Positions 11,601 to 24,900 of a DNA stretch of 64,000 bases are shown piece after piece. The stretch is taken from the NCBI GenBank assembly GCA_009602725.1, contig WELB01000032.1, forward strand, positions 447,719 to 511,718, in the 5' to 3' direction. Source of the stretch: Spirogloea muscicola (Eukaryota). Position numbers and translations under genes: made by a program. The stretch's first letter is position 1. Each line of letters begins with the position of its first letter. The notes beneath the pieces were generated by a model. The model saw only the letters and a program-made list of their open reading frames with translations. It did not search any database and was not told the origin of the DNA.

Positions 11601-11969
11601 GCTTCCAGCATGTTGCCAGCAGCTTTTACGTCTTCTGGAATGCCTCGCGCCTCCAGCAGCATTAGATCCACACCAGGTCACATGCCCAGCTCCATGCCTA
11701 ATGTTTGGCTGACCACTTGCTTTCTTGGCTGTCAGAACTGTGGCAGTGCTTAGCCACAAAGGGCAAGTGTCTGTATTGAGGCTCTACCTGGCCAGCTACG
11801 GACATCATTCGATTCTGGGGAGCTGCAAGATGTAGCCATAGATGGAGATGGGACCAGCCTTGCTGTGCTTAGGCACGACAATACTGTGAGCGTTATTGAC
11901 ATGGATGGGCAAGTATTGCACGACTTCAAGATTCAGGCGGCCAGGCGAATATTCATCGTGGGAGACTAA
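8612..11969 (+). CDS. WD40/beta-propeller-like repeat protein; NUMT in an intron; apparent frameshift at ~11776
   Basis: Repeating blades [51 protein letters not shown] and [19 protein letters not shown] phase-0 intron (~9118-11353) joins cleanly. Confidence 0.6.
9195..9238. repeat. Perfect 44-bp palindrome
   Basis: CTATGACAAAATGAGCTCATCA|TGATGAGCTCATTTTGTCATAG; the second half is the exact reverse complement of the first. Confidence 0.95.
9317..10255 (-). pseudogene. nad5: NUMT fragment of mitochondrial nad5
   Basis: AT-rich. Encodes [46 protein letters not shown] and [17 protein letters not shown]. In-frame TAA at 9912 (DNLI*LFLGWEG) and indels near 10140. Confidence 0.95.
10260..10412 (+). 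pseudogene. nad4: NUMT fragment of mitochondrial nad4
   Basis: [48 protein letters not shown] matches the nad4 motif. Confidence 0.85.
10413..10811 (-). pseudogene. cob: NUMT fragment of mitochondrial cob
   Basis: [41 protein letters not shown]...[19 protein letters not shown], with frameshifts. Confidence 0.95.
10812..11035 (+). pseudogene. atp4: NUMT fragment of mitochondrial atp4 (orf25)
   Basis: STQMIGESC....GPKCRQT...[11 protein letters not shown]....FRDSV..QFRF resembles streptophyte atp4 as recalled. Confidence 0.65.
11040..11325 (+). pseudogene. rps10: NUMT fragment of mitochondrial rps10, possibly followed by the start of the next mitochondrial gene
   Basis: [28 protein letters not shown] is the uS10 signature, with stops. 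Confidence 0.8.
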
Positions 11970-12268
11970 CTCGTTTCAGTGTGTACAACATCTTGCACAG
12001 CGGCCTGCAGCCTCTTGCTTCAGTGACATCCCCTGTGCTCCAGTTACAATGTGGGGATCTGTCAGGTTGCAACGGTGTCGGAGCCCATTTATACTGAGGT
12101 GCAACAAGCACATGACGATTTGCCCGGAGGTATATTTTGTTGAATATAGAAATATAGTGAATCAGTGGGTCAGTAGAATCACCCATTCCGATCCTTCTGC
12201 TAGGCCGATGTGAGTCTCCCTAGATACGGGAGGCCCCAGCAAATTGCATTATTGGCCCGAACGATCTC

Positions 12269-12540
12269 GTGGCTCTGAGTGCGGCTAGGCGGCGCTGTGG
12301 GCGCGGTGGCTCTGTGTGCGGCGAGGCGGCGCTGTGTGAGCAGCGGCTCCATGTGCGGCGAGGCGGCGCTGTGTGCGCGGCGGCTGTGTGTGGCGAGGCA
12401 ACGCTGTGTGCGCGACAGCTCTGTGTGCAAGTAGGCGGCGCTGTGTGCGCGGCGGCTCTGTGTGTGGTGAGACGGCGCTGTAAGTTTGCCAGCTCTGTGT
12501 GCGGCCAGGTGGAGCTGAGTGCTCACCGGCTCTGTGTGTA
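12269..12540 (+). repeat. 37-bp minisatellite, about 7 degenerate copies
   Basis: Unit AGGCGGCGCTGTGTGCGCGGCGGCTCTGTGTGCGGCG starts at about 12287, 12324, 12361, 12396, 12433, 12470 and 12507. Confidence 0.9.
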
Positions 12541-13381
12541 ATCAGGCAAGACTTTGTGTTACTCTGAACCCTTTGTGATCATGAGTACGTCTGCGTCTGC
12601 ATCCGCATCTGCGCAAAGACGAGGACAGTCTGCCGGTCCTCCCACATCGAGACAGGAAGTGATGGGTGTAGGACATGAAGGACAGGTACAAACTGCAGAA
12701 CATGAACAGCAGGTACAGGTTGATGAACGTGAAAAAACAAGGGCAACCAGAGCAAGAAAACTATCATATTGTATCTATCGAAGGTGCGATGCCGGTTGGG
12801 AGTCGCGGTGTCAGGATGCCGAGGGCACTTCGACAGCCGTGAGGTGAGAGCAGCATGCAGATTGTGATATCACGGCGGCTTGCTGGCCAGTCTGTACGCC
12901 GAGCATGGCAACTGCGGTAGGGCTGAGTACAAGGAGGCCCAGCCCCAGCGGCGCGCCGGAGTCACTCGGCGGACCGGCGGGACGCCAACCGTGGGCGCGG
13001 CGGAGTCGGGGGTTGTGGTGGCGGCGGGGGTGTAGGGCTGCCACGGCGGCTACCGAGGCCCGCGCGCGGCGGCCAGTACCTTGCTGTACCTGGCACCAGC
13101 GGATCAGAAACCCGGCAAAGGGCGGGGTTTCGGGAGAGCAGGGGTGGCGGAGGGGCCCCACGATGGCCGGAGTGGGAAAGGGATCGTGGGTATGGGTGAG
13201 ACGGGGGGTTCAGACGGTGAGCCGGGGGTTTGGACGGGGGTTGCGGGCCCGCTAGCAGGACAAGCCGCGCGAGCCGGCAGCGGCGGCGGCGGCGGGGGGG
13301 GGGGCGGGTGGGNGGAACGGGGACCCGGGGGCGGGCCGGCCTCGGTCCAGCCCGGGCTGCGCCCCCCCCCCGGGGGCCCTC

Positions 13382-13416
13382 CCACGTGGGCCGCTCGTCC
13401 ACGCCGCCACGTGGGG
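13382..13416. promoter_or_regulatory. Two G-box motifs (CCACGTGG) upstream of AMT2
   Basis: CCACGTGG at ~13382 and ~13407, about 330-360 bp before the ATG at 13742. Confidence 0.4.
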
Positions 13417-13741
13417 AGCTGGCGCCCAATCCCCGTCGCCGCCTCGGCGCGGCCAGCCGCCGGGCGGAGGGACAAGGAGAGAGGGCGGCCCTCCGGAGGC
13501 GAGGCGCTGGGAATCTTCTTTCTCTGCGGGAGGGGAGGGAGGAATGGGAGGGAGGGGAGGGAGGGAGCCCCCCCCCCATTCAATCTCCCTTCTGGCGGGC
13601 TCGTCAGTCATCTAACTTGACGAGAGCCACTCCGCCCTGCCCCCGGCCGCCGATCCCCCGCCACACATCCGCCAGCTTCCCCCGCGCCCCTTTCCCCGCC
13701 ACACCCCCGCCGCCGCCGCCTCGCCCCCCGCCGCCGCCGCC

Positions 13742-16374
13742 ATGTCGTCCGACGGCGGCGACTACCTGGACCGCGGCGACAATGCGTGGCAGATGACGGC
13801 GGCGACGCTGGTGGGCCTGCAGTCCATCCCGGGCCTCATGATCCTGTACGGCGGCGTGGTGAAGAAGAAGTGGGCCGTCAACTCCGCCTTCATGGTCCTC
13901 TACGCCTTCTCCGCCGTTCTCATCTGCTGGATCGGGTGGGGCTACAAGTTCGCCTTCGGCCACAAGCTGCTGCCGTTCTGGGGCAAGCCTGGACCGTCGG
14001 TCGGAGGCTCCTACTATATGACGCAGGCCTTCCTGCCGGAGGCCAACATCGTGGCCAACTACCCCATGGCCACCATGATCTACTTCCAGTTCGTCTTCGC
14101 CGCCATCACGCTCGTCCTCATCGCCGGCGCGCTGCTCGGCCGCATGAACTTCCTTGCCTGGATGATCTTCGTGCCCCTCTGGCTCACCTTCTCGTACACC
14201 ATCGGCGCCTTCTCCATTTGGGGTGGCGGCTTCCTCTTCAAGTGGGGCGTCCTCGACTACTCTGGCGGCTACGTCATCCACGTCTCCTCTGGATGGGCCG
14301 GCTTCACCGCTGCCGCGTGGGTGAGCCAGCTGCGCCCACCTTGGTTCGCTGCAAACGTCATTCCCCCTTCAAGCTGTGCTTATCTAGACAGTGCCGCAGC
14401 TGACACCATATTTTCTTGCTGTGAGCTGCAAAAGCCGGCCTGGCACCGTTTCTGTGGTAGTAGCCACTCCTGCAAGCCTCCCAGCTTGGCACAACCCAGC
14501 AGAGCTGATAGCAGAGCTGACTGCTTGAAGCCCACACGGTCCTCATCCTTTTGAGCAATGCTGCTGTCCCCCAGGTTGGCCCCCGTCTCCAGCGTGACCG
14601 GGAGCGCTTCCCCCCCAACAACGTGCTTCTCGTTCTGGCGGGCGCCGGCTTGCTCTGGCTCGGTTGGAATGGATTTAATGGTGGTGACCCTTATGCTGCT
14701 AACCAGGTTGGTGGTAGTTGCTCATGGCCTGCTTCATGTACAGGAATTTCCGCATGGTGTACAGTATTTTGTCATGTCGGATGAACACTGTATGGCACCC
14801 TGTGGGGCATGTCACATCATTGCCGTGTATGGTTTGGTACCCCAAAACTGTGTTGCCAAGGTTGAACGATGGTCCTTCCTCAGCTCTGCACCAGAGCTGA
14901 GATAGCGCGGTTCACCTGTGATATTCTTGGCTTTCTATATAATGTGTCACATATTGTAGAGTTGACGTACAGCATACCAGCTGGCATAGTGCACCAGAGC
15001 TGAGGCAGTGGAGTTCACCTGTATTTGTCTTGGCTTTGCTTTAAAAAGTGTCATACTTCATAGAGTTGATGTACAGCATACCCGCCGCTGGCTTAGTGTC
15101 CCCTCACTTTCAAGCTTGACCTCTTGGGAAGCTCGAAGATGCATCGCAAGGCTTACTTTCATCAGCCTGCCCACTCTTGCAGGATGCATCTGTTGCTGTT
15201 CTCAACACCAACACGTGCACAGCATTCTCATTGCTCACTTGGACTGCGTGGGACATCATCTACTTTGGCAAGCCGTCTGTCATCGGTGCGGTGCAGGGCA
15301 TGATCACGGGCCTTGTTGCCATTACTCCAGCCGCAGGTAAGCCGTCCACGCATTTCGGAGGTCTTTACTGGTCAACCATGCGAGTGCGGCTGGCTGGTCA
15401 GGGTTGATGTGCAGCGCTTGATGTGCCGGCAATGTAGTACTTTGTCTACCACTTTCAAATGGCCTGCCTCACCTCCCAAATTTCTACTGGTGTATCTCCT
15501 GGTGTAGGCCTGATTCACGGCTGGGGAGCCATGTGCTTCGGTTTCATTTCTGGATCTGTTCCTTGGTTTACCATGATGGTCCTTGGCAAGAAGTTGGCCT
15601 TGCTGCGAATTGTTGATGACACCCTGGGCTTGCTCCACACTCACGGCATTGCTGGTGTCATCGGCGGTTGTCTGACCGGCCTCTTCGCCGTGGAGGAGCT
15701 CTGTGTTGGTGAGTAATTCCTGTGACACACTCTCGAGCTACTATGCTGTCCTGTATCCAACAAAAGGGAGGTCTCTGTTTGAGAAGAGCCTAAGAGGAAT
15801 TTTCTGCTGCATCTGCAGCTTTTGCGCTGGCCCCTGGGACCAAGGGTGCATTTTATGGCAGCGGAGGGCAGTTTGGCAAGCAGATTGTTGGGGCCCTATT
15901 TATTATAGGCTGGAATCTTGTCGTCACCAGCATCATCATGTTTGCAATCAAACTTGTCATCCCCCTCCGCATGAGCGTGGAGCACCTGGAGGTGGGTTCT
16001 GAGATAAATGACCTCCACTACTTCTGCTAAGCGTGTGTCTATTTGCCTCTCTTCAGTACAGACATCCTGATCCTATGCTGACAAGAGAGTCTACTCTGCA
16101 CTATGGTACAAGCGTTTTGGAGAGTTGTGTGCTGACAGACTAAGGTTGGTGCTTTTGTGGCTAACTTAACTTGGACCTGTAATGTCAGATTGGTGATGAG
16201 GCTGCTCATGGAGAGGAGGCTTACGCCATGTACGGTGATGGGGACATGGACCCAGGCAAGACATCGGGCTGGTATGGTTACGACGTGACCCACCATGGAG
16301 GTACAGCAAATCCAGTTGGTGCACCGATTGCCACTCATGGCGCCACCCATGGCCCTGGTGATGCTCTCGGTTGA
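13742..16374 (+). CDS. AMT2: Ammonium transporter, plant AMT2/MEP type, 6 exons
   Basis: [107 protein letters not shown] and [13 protein letters not shown]. Confidence 0.97.
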
Positions 16375-18104
16375 GGCCGTGGCTTATAAACACAGGATTT
16401 AGTCAGTATATCTGTGCATATTTATGGCAAGGCAAGCCAGGCTGCCCAAGCCGAGCCCCCAAGCCGAGCCAGGCTGCAGGTGTCCCTCTGGTTGTGTGAA
16501 GGGCTGCTGAGCCCTGAGGATAGGAGAGGAAATTGAGGCCAGCGAGGCATAGTTTCTGCTAGGACATTCTCCACGTTGTTCACGCCAGCGTGCTGATGAT
16601 ACTGTGGAGAAACCCATAGTTACTAGTCAAGGCAATGACGTGACCCACCTCCCTGTCTAAAGCAGGTAGAAAAGTTGCTTTTGCTAGAATAGAACACTTA
16701 CAGGGGGACTCTTCCAAGTTATGAGGGAGCTCAAGAGAATACATGTGATCAGCACTCTCATAAATGACGCACTCATGCAAGGGTGTGCACTTACAATCTG
16801 ACTTAGCATCAGTGGCGAAGTTCCTCTTGCCGTGAGTTTTTTGAGTAGGTCTGATGCAACATCGATTGTTCCCAATGAATGGTGGACGGACTCCCAAGCT
16901 ATGCCCTTCCAGCTTCTCACTTTCTGGCATCGGAGCTGGTGGGATTTGCCAAACTGCTTGCATAGCTTAGTATTTCTGTTCCTTTTACACACATAGTCTA
17001 CCTAACTCTTAAGTAATGATGATAAAGTGGTCCTAGTCCATGGACTGCACAAGATACTTCCTAAGACAGATGGCGGGGATCCCTACATTATCTCTTGCTT
17101 GGAGTGTGCTTGGGATGTCATCGTTATCATTAAGTTTTCAACCCAAAATTGTCAATATGACTATTTTGTGATGCTTCTGAAGACCACCATAAATTTGGGA
17201 CAGGTTCCTGCAGGTTCTACCCCATGTACAGTTCACTAGCTGTAAAAATAGCATCACATGGTACACAATTTGCAGATGAGAGCTGTAGCACAACATCCAC
17301 AACGACCTACAAGTAGCACATTCGTATCAAGCTTTCCAGACCATCAACAGACTGCTGCTAATGTGGCCTGGTGCTTGGGATAACGACCTCATACATGCAG
17401 AGAGTGGCATAGGGGATCCTGTCCTGTTCGGGCCCTCACTTGACAAGGACCAGGTATTCAAGCTCGTGCCAGCCATCAAGACTGCGAGTAGGCGAGCAGG
17501 AGCAGCTGGCTCTGCTGCAGAAGCTGGAGGTGGCTGCTAGAGCTCTACAGCACAGGAATAACTGGCAGGCCAACATATGAAAACAATAGACCCATGCAGG
17601 AGATCAAGGAGAACGAGAGCGCTCCAGCAGGGCAGGCAATGTCATCTGCAGGGTCTGGTTGAATTAATGTGCTTATTGCATCTCGTGTCCGTCATGTTAG
17701 AAGCTCCGAGGTCTTCAGATCGTCTTATTTCTGACTTGCACTGTCTTTCGAGTGCCCAACTCAATCCTGATCATGTGCAGCTTGTGCAGCATTTTCTCCA
17801 CTGCGGCTTCAGGACCTTTTACTTGTAAGAAGACAGTATGGGATGACAATAACAAGCGACAGGAGCAAGTCTGACGAAAGCAAACGATACTCCAAAGGGG
17901 CGGCGACTGCAGTGTGCCAGCCTAATTCCAAGTGGAAAGACGACACTTACAGCTGATAGTGCGGCCCAATTGGCAGGGCGAGCAAGCAAGTATGTCCACC
18001 GAGCTGCGGCAAACTGCGCCGCAGAAGGCATGCGGCGTGTTCCAAATTTGGGCGCCTTGCAGCAGCTGCAGGCGTGGCCTTTTGGGTGGCCGGCCAGAGT
18101 CACA

Positions 18105-18270
18105 TGGATTCTGTATTGCGTGATGGAGGGCCTGAGTGGCCAAGGACAAAGGCAAGCACATCGACAGAGGGCCGGAGGAATGCGGCTGCTGATACCATAA
18201 ACAGCGGCTGTGAAGAAGAGAAGCCAGCCAGGTGCACACCAAGGGTTCATGACACTGCTAGCGGAGCCGA
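18105..18270 (-). mobile_element. Two stacked retrotransposon 3' UTR tails immediately upstream of the RmlD-like gene
   Basis: Reverse complement of 18180-18255 matches 355-420 and 33605-33675 (GTCATGAAC..TG..TGCA.CTGGCTGGCTT..ACAGCC...AGCAGCCGC). Reverse complement of 18105-18160 matches 58400-58450. Confidence 0.65.
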
Positions 18271-18290
18271 TGTAGAGGGGGGCGCCAGCC

Positions 18291-20308
18291 ATGGAGGGCG
18301 CGCGGGTGCTGGTGACGGGCGGCAGCGGCTACGTGGGCCAGTTCGTGGCGGCGCGGCTGGCCGCCCTCGGCGCCGACGTCGCGCTCACGTACCACTCGGG
18401 GGGCGCCGCCGCCGACGGCCGCGCCCTGGAGGCCGCGCTCAACGGCTGCCGCGCCTTCCGGGCGGACCTGCGCTCCGGCGACGGCCTAGCTGCCGTCCGC
18501 GACGGCTTCGGCGCGGTGAGCCGCCGCTAGCTCTGGTGCGGCCTCTCGACGGCGAAGCCCGTTGGCGCGCGCTCACGGTGCCGCCGCCGCACTCGCCGCT
18601 GCCCGTTCCCAGCAGCCCGACGTCGTCGTGAACTGCGCCGCCATCTCCGCCCCGAGGGCGTGCGAGGCCGACCCGGAGGGCGCCCAGGCCGTCAACGTGC
18701 CGCGCGAGCTCCTCCACTGGCTGGCCGCCGGCGCTCCCGGCGGCGGCAAGGCCCCGCCGCTCCTCATCCACTTGTCCACCGATCAAGGTCCTTGCCACTC
18801 CCGCAATTGCTCACGAGGCCTCCATTGATGGATGCGAGTGACCCATATGAGACAATCACACACTGGACGTTGACAAGCGCAAATGGAACGCCATCCGTTC
18901 CCCTAGCGGAGGCCCTTAGCAGAGATGTTCCAGAGGCGGAGAGGCTCGTATGACCGCACCTCTTAGTCCTGCTTGACGCCTCGGGTCTCCTTTGCTGCCA
19001 ATGTGCCGCGAGCGCTGCAGTCTATGATGGCTCCAAGGGCTTCTACAAGGAGACGGACGAGGCCAAGCCCATCAACGAGTATGGACGAAGCAAGGTCAGG
19101 GCCGAGGAGCTGATCGCCGGCAGCTGGCCCAACTACGCCATCCTGCGGTCCAGCATCATCGTCGGGCCCCAGCCACCAGTCCCGCTCGCAAGGGGCCTCC
19201 CTCTGCTAGTAAGTCGCTGCAGGACGTGGCTGCCACTCTCCAAGCGGCAATGCAGTGTGTGCCAAATGCTCTGCGAGGCATAAGCTGTGAGGCACAATCA
19301 TCTCAAGATAATTACTTTGAGCACATCTGCAAAGTTGCAGTGTGACCCTCACTGGAAGGTCGTCGCAGGTAGTCAACAACCACAGTCAAGGGCGGTCTGA
19401 ATATCATGTATCTGAGGGGTTGCTTATTGTCAGCAGCATACTGTGTGGTTCCCCTGTCTGTGGGATGCAGTGGGTGGACAGCACCTTGGCCTCTGGTCAG
19501 CCGACCGACTTCTTCAATGACGAGGTCCGCTGCCCAGTGTACGTCATGGACGTCGTGCACGCAGTAGAAATATTGGCGAAGTCAGCAATTACAGGTAACA
19601 ACCTGTTCTGGCACCATCCCCTCCATCAGTATATGCCAATGGGCCTTTGGCGTGCAGGCAAGTTGGATAAGCACTTTCAGTGAAAAGGTGGTGGTTGGCT
19701 CCTCTCGTCTTCACTTTCTAGTGCACATGCTGGATATAAAAGCAGGCCAGTTGTGTGCGTCTGGCAGGCCACAAGAGTTTCAAGAACATTTTCAACCTTG
19801 GGGGCCCAGACCGCCTGTCACGAGTGGAGATGGCCGAGGAGGTCGCACGAGTTCGTGGCTATGACCTGCAACTCATCAAGTCGGTGCCAGCAGCTTCTGT
19901 GAGTCTTGCTTAGAGATGCTCCTTCTTATCTCACGTGTTGCTTCACAGCACTGCATGTTGGGTCCAATTTGCAGCAACTATGCGCGCATCAGCTTGGAAC
20001 AAAAAGCTTACTGCAGACTCTCTTCAACATCAAGCAGAGGCAAATGCAGCATATGAGCTTACATTCCTCTGCAGCGGTTCCACTTTTCCAGGCAATTGAA
20101 ACGTATGTCTTTCTGTCCACCAATTGTCCACCAACAACTGCTACTAACTGTTCTCATGTGTTGAACATTTGTGTGGTTTGACCAGGTGGATCGAGGAGTA
20201 AAGAGCCCGCTTGACATATCAATGGATGTCACTCAAATTACAACAAAACTAGAATTGCCACTGACGTCCTTCAAGGATGCAGTGCTCAGAACGTTCCAGC
20301 TCCCCTAG
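18291..20308 (+). CDS. NAD(P)-binding RmlD-like protein (methionine adenosyltransferase 2 beta-like), 6 exons
   Basis: VLVTGGSGYVG, PDVVVNCAAISAPRACEADP, LIHLSTDQVYDG, PINEYGRSK, AILRSSII, FFNDEVRCPVYV.D, FNLGGPDRLSR and VDRGVKSPLDISMD. Confidence 0.92.
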
Positions 20309-21978
20309 ACTGTCTTTGCCCTAGATTTATTGGGAGAGAATTAATTACTCGGTGCTGTTTACCATACCAAGGATGAGGGTAAAGCAGCTGATTTGAGACC
20401 AGGACCAGATTTGGGATGCATTGCTTGATGGGTATGCCTTCAACACAGGAATCTCAATGCATGCTTAGGGAACTATGGCAGACTTCATTTGTCGTTGTTG
20501 GGGTACAGGCTATCCGATTGTTTTCCAATGGCGCTAGTGATACAATCACTTACTAATTCATTGCTCTGTGGGCAAACCTTTTTGTAAATCTTGGAGAGCA
20601 GCAGCTCACTAGTTGCTATGCCGATCAACTGGGCCCTTCAATGTTTATAAGGCCAACTTTCGTGTAGTGTCAGCTGGTCCTAAGTAGAAATTACATGTTG
20701 CTATTTCATGCAAATGTCGTGTCATGTGGCCATAGCTGTTGTACCTCTTGTATTGCGCCTTATTTTGTTAATTTTGAGGTGCCAATCTCATCCCTGAATT
20801 GTGCAATCGCCCAGAGCCTCCTTGGCTGTGCATTTGCTTGCAGTAGATGAGATCGCACCTTCAAGTTTTACAGAGAAGAAGCAACCAACACATCAAGTGC
20901 AGCGGCATAAACATGCGACACACAAAGTTGCATGCACAGTTGACGGCAATATGCGATGCCAACAAGGAAACCAGCGCCAAGAGGTTTTGGGAGTTCTTTG
21001 ACTTCTGGTGGCAAAATCCTCATCCTCAAAATCACGTCAGCAATATACAGCAAACTCTGTGTGGATATGCTGAAAGGTAGCCCCAAATTCTTGGTACCAC
21101 AAGCTAAATCGTGACAATCGTGACAAATAACCACAAGTGAAGAAGACCTCAAAACGTGGATTGTCACTGTGGAAAACTTCCAACAGAGATGTTGCCTCTA
21201 ATGTTGTCAACATCAATAGCTGAAATCCTCAGCTTGCACACTCCTCGGCCAGTCCATAGCGAGCCAATACACTTAAACAACCTCGATGAAGCAATGGACT
21301 GAACTGCATGACACACTTAATCTGCTGTAACCAAGCACAGATTATGACAGTGTGCTCAGAGAATGCAGAGCTGCGGAGCTGCAGACGCCACAAGATGGTG
21401 GATGGCCAAAGAAATTCTTCTGAAAATGGACTTCCAACAGCAAGAAAGAAAGCGTGCGCAACGTTCAACGGTGAAGGATGCCTCTATCAAACATGGCACA
21501 CATATAACTGTGAACATAATTACCTCCTCCTTCAGATCACGTCCAAAATGCAACGAGCCAAAGTTGGCCGGTGAGCTTAACCTAACCCGACACAACATCA
21601 ACAAGACACTATTTTAAAGGCCCCTCTGTGACAACCAGCAAGACTCTGTTTCTGCACAAGAACTCTTGGCATCTAGAAAGGCGGGATTGACATCCAACCC
21701 TGTTAGGATGTCTAGCAACGGATTCTATGAAATAGAAGGCACAGGCCACAAAAATGTGATACCAAAGTATCTGCCTTAATCTCAAGACGGCACAGCCAGC
21801 TTCCCAGCATGCTCAGCTGTAGCCAAACAAGCCGAACATCTACGAACTCAATGACTGGACAAGAGATTGTGGAAGCCCCAACACGAGTCAAGCGCTTTTC
21901 CATATTCTAGATGACGAGCGCTGAGATGACGAGCGCAAGCATTGCCGTATCACTTGCACTAGTGGACCAAGTGGTACA

Positions 21979-24900
21979 TCAGTCGGGCTGAGCTTTGGCT
22001 GGTGGAGGAGGCTGCTGACTGCTACTAGCAGCAATTAACTCTATTCCCAGCTTCTCCATCAATATTGTCACAAGCAACCCCGAGCTATCCAATTCTTTTG
22101 CCAGCCGGTGGTCGTCCACTTCGTGTGTTACGATGTTCACCTGCTCCCAAGAACGACAATCTGAGTCATGCCGACCATCTTGTCTGACTTCACATCAAGA
22201 TTAGATTGGTGCTCCTGATCCTCTGATCTAGCAGGGCTCACTTATTGTCTAACATGCACAACAAAGCCAGATACACAACCTCCCTGAAGAAGACCAATAG
22301 CACCATCTTGACATAAGTTGCACACAAGATGATTGACAATACAAGTACACCAACGAGGTCAAACCCTGTGGGCAGGAAGCAGTTGAGCCTGCGCTTGATC
22401 GTGAAGCCAGTTGCCGCAGTGCACTGTTATGTCTGCTTTTGAGGTGGCAACCGCCTGCATGATCTGATCATGGTACTTCATTTGCCAGGCCTGCTCCCTT
22501 CCGGGCTTCAGAGAAGAAGTAGTGTGGTCAACCTGCGCACAGTCACGCACACAGGGAGCAGGCCTGAATAGACCTATCGTAAAGCTCCACAGACAGCCCT
22601 TGCCTCTTGACACTGAAGACTGAGACGAAATCAAGCGAGCTCAGCTAAACATACAGATAGAAGCTTAGCTCTTTGTAGACGCACATCACAAACCATAGGA
22701 CGCCAATGATGAGCACAATCGCATGAGCAGTTGGGAGGACCATGTAAGGTGAACGCCTGCCTGAGGACAGAAGGCCAGCACTGTGGTGGCCAATGGGGAG
22801 AACATCAGAGCAGCACTTGCCCCCATGGAGTCACCCAAAAGCAACACCTTGTCATAATCTTTGACAATCTCGGAAATTTCAGTCCTGTAATAATCACAGA
22901 AAATTCCAGGTCTTCCTGCAGTCTCCAGTCCAGCAGTATCTTTGCTCTTGCGACTGTTGTCTTCATGATACTCTCTAACACCATCACCTTGGAAGGCACT
23001 AGCATCTCTGAACCCACTATTGTCGCCACCTTGCCTGGCCAACGTGCGCGAAGAAGCTGAGTACCAAGAGCGGGCTGGGTCCACCACGTATAACGTATCA
23101 AAGGCAGGAACCACATTGTCATCCTTCATGTTAGCTCTCACTTTCTTCAGTAAGCCAGCCCTGCAAGGACAAGATTAGATGGTACGTCTTGAATTCGCTT
23201 TGCAACTTCTTTTTGCTGTTATTGATGTGGTATTTGAGTACGTCAAGCATCTGTGCTTGAGACGCTATAGACTCTCCACTTCGATTTCTACTGTGAGCCA
23301 GGATAACAGCAGGCATTGCAGTAGACATGCAACCAGCAACTTGACATCGCCTATGCACCTGTTGTCTGGGATGATCTCAAAATCTGACACATTCCTTACC
23401 AATTTGGGACACCTGGAGCACTTCCAAACGCCACTACAAGCACACTTGCTCTTGCAAACGGCACATCTTCTGCGTGAGTCTTTGCGAACGATTCCCATTG
23501 TTGAATCTGCATATAGACATAGTGCATTGCCAGTTGCTCACTTATAGGATATCAACTTCACAATCACTCGTATCATGCTAAATACAATTGGGCAAAACTG
23601 CTCAATGAAAGACTCAAAAGGTGATAAAAGCACGCCCTCAGATCAGGGGAGTTAACGCTGTGTCCAAGTACGTCAAGCATGTATAGAAGACTGACCTTGA
23701 AATAACCTCCAGAATGTCTGGCAGCTCCAGTTCCAGCAATGAGGGAGACTATCAAATAATTTTTGGCCTCAAGTATGACATCCTCCCTCAAGGATTGGGC
23801 CTACAAAGCGGTAAAGAAGCATGTAAGTATTTCCTGATAATGCTTCAGGGATACAATCTATGAATATTTTCAGGTCGAAGTCACTTAGAGGTGTGCTCTC
23901 ATCAGGATTTGGTTGCACAACTACTTAAATTGCAGTCAGCATTGCCTTCTCTCTTCTAGTCATAGAAATGCATCTACAAGATGGGCGTCTATCCACTCCA
24001 GTAACGGAACCATTTTCATGTGCACTATCTAGTAGCTGAAGGGGAGAGTTGCTCGTATTGAGAAGAAACTTGCAGTCTTACAGTACTCTCACTATAGTAA
24101 GTCTCAACAACCCTGCACATGCGAGCAAGACACTGCTATCGTGTACAGCAAAAGCATGTACAATTGATAAGAGCTTCATGTGAGAAGCCACACTTGCTCT
24201 GAATCAAGTCCAAGTGCTTTGAGGTTGGAGAAAGAAGGTATTGCTTTTTGAAGCCAGTTTGTCTGCAGAGGGTTACTCTGCAGTGTCCACGAAAACAAGT
24301 TAAGCACTTACAACAGATTCGTGTAAGATAGAAGAGGCCTGTAGTAAAAATCTCTGCTGCACATTTGCAACTTGGCAACCGGCAGAGGGTGGAAACAGCA
24401 GAGCCATATGATCAGCATGTCAAGAGCCAATCTACCAACACATCTAGGCCGTTGTGGAAGGGGCTGTGTCACACCTCCAACCAGATATATTTTAGCTTCT
24501 TGTGATTTGGCATGAATTGTGGAACTTCTTGTAATCTGTTTCCATATCTGCAAGTGCATAAATCATTTGAATATAATGAACATAACCGGGTGAAGTTACA
24601 CGTTGAAACAGCATCTGAAGGTCGCCTCTGGTCCTCATATGTCGCAGCAAAATTTGGTGGTGATTACAGAGCAGCTGTGGAGCCCAGCTGAGTAGGCAAA
24701 GGGACGACTTCGAGGATTGAGGGACGTACAGCCACATTGATTCTATCATAGGCAATTCCCCCATTGAATTTGGCAGCGTGGCAAGGTCATTGTCTGCAAG
24801 GTTCAGCTGGCTTAGCAGAGACAGGCGAGATAGGTCCTGTGGTAATGACTTCAGATCATTCCCCTGCCCACACTTGAGATACAAATTTCTTTGTCATGGC

